Shown here one piece after another: positions 63,652 to 64,000 of a DNA stretch of 64,000 nucleotides. The notes beneath the pieces are model-generated. The model was not told the DNA's origin, ran no database searches, and saw only the letters and a list, made by a program, of their open reading frames with translations. The translations under genes were made by a program, and so were the position numbers. Each line of letters opens with the position of its first letter. Within the stretch, counting starts at the first letter, position 1. Source of the DNA: an uncultured Actinomycetes bacterium (GTDB lineage: Bacteria; Actinomycetota; Thermoleophilia; UBA2241); the NCBI GenBank assembly GCA_963755025.1, contig CAVWIH010000036.1, forward strand, positions 19,956-83,955. Reading direction: 5' to 3'.

Positions 63652-64000
63652 CTAACCGCGACGATGGGAGCGTGAGCACCTGCCCGGGCTCAGGTGCGGC
63701 AATGCGTTGTCCATGGCGATCGCAACGTCGAAGCCGCACTCCGCGACTTCCTTGAGCGAGGTCAAATCGGAGACGCAGAACGAGATCGTCAGGCCGCGCC
63801 GCTGAGCTTCAAGCTGTGCGCGGCGGACCGCTGCCTCGCTCAGGTCCGACGCCACGACCTGGTGGCCCATGCGGGCAAGTCCGATTGCCTGCGTGCCGAT
63901 TCCGCAGGCGCAATCGAGAATCCTCAGCGGAGTTCCAACGCCCTGCAAGGTCAGCAGATGGTCCATGATTCTGGCCTGGCGCGCGATGGTGCTCTCCCAA
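63652..64000 (-). pseudogene. Class I SAM-dependent methyltransferase, cut by the window edge and apparently truncated at its C-terminus
   Basis: ILDCACGIGTQ motif I, SDLS, FDVAIAMDNALPHL, then an early stop. Confidence 0.7.

Overview
Very GC-rich bacterial chromosome segment, most likely a deep-branching actinobacterium such as Thermoleophilia. That call is an inference from the actinobacterial-type FtsZ tail and Gram-positive SOS box together with a Firmicute-like mreBCD-mrdA-rodA-rng-rplU-rpmA-obgE-nadD-rsfS order. Nearly all genes are housekeeping genes on the minus strand. In transcription order they are: tRNA Pro-Gly-Arg, a ~4-kb accessory islet, tRNA His-Leu, tig-clpP-clpX, valS-folC, ndk-maf-mreBCD-mrdA-rodA, a radical SAM pair, RNase E/G, rplU-rpmA-obgE-proB-proA-nadD/yqeK-LCP-rsfS, an IS481 element, dinB, an EF-G paralog, pdxST, yebC-ruvCAB, queH-queA-tgt-yajC, parA-ftsZ-scpA-scpB-rluB, aroH-aroF-tyrA-aroA-cmk-plsC-ispH-DUF512 and a metallophosphoesterase. 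Many genes carry small indels that look like long-read or assembly errors. The most interesting candidate system is an orphan ParA/Soj gene overlapping an ftsZ that lies outside any dcw context, directly before scpAB; this FtsZ has an extra N-terminal basic/amphipathic peptide resembling ParA-activating peptides. Other points of note: a ~59-bp tandem repeat family at two loci that begins at stop codons, a possible ATC start for mreB, an EF-G paralog with degenerate GTPase motifs, and an SOS box lying over the dinB start codon. All family assignments are by motif recognition; no database searches were run.
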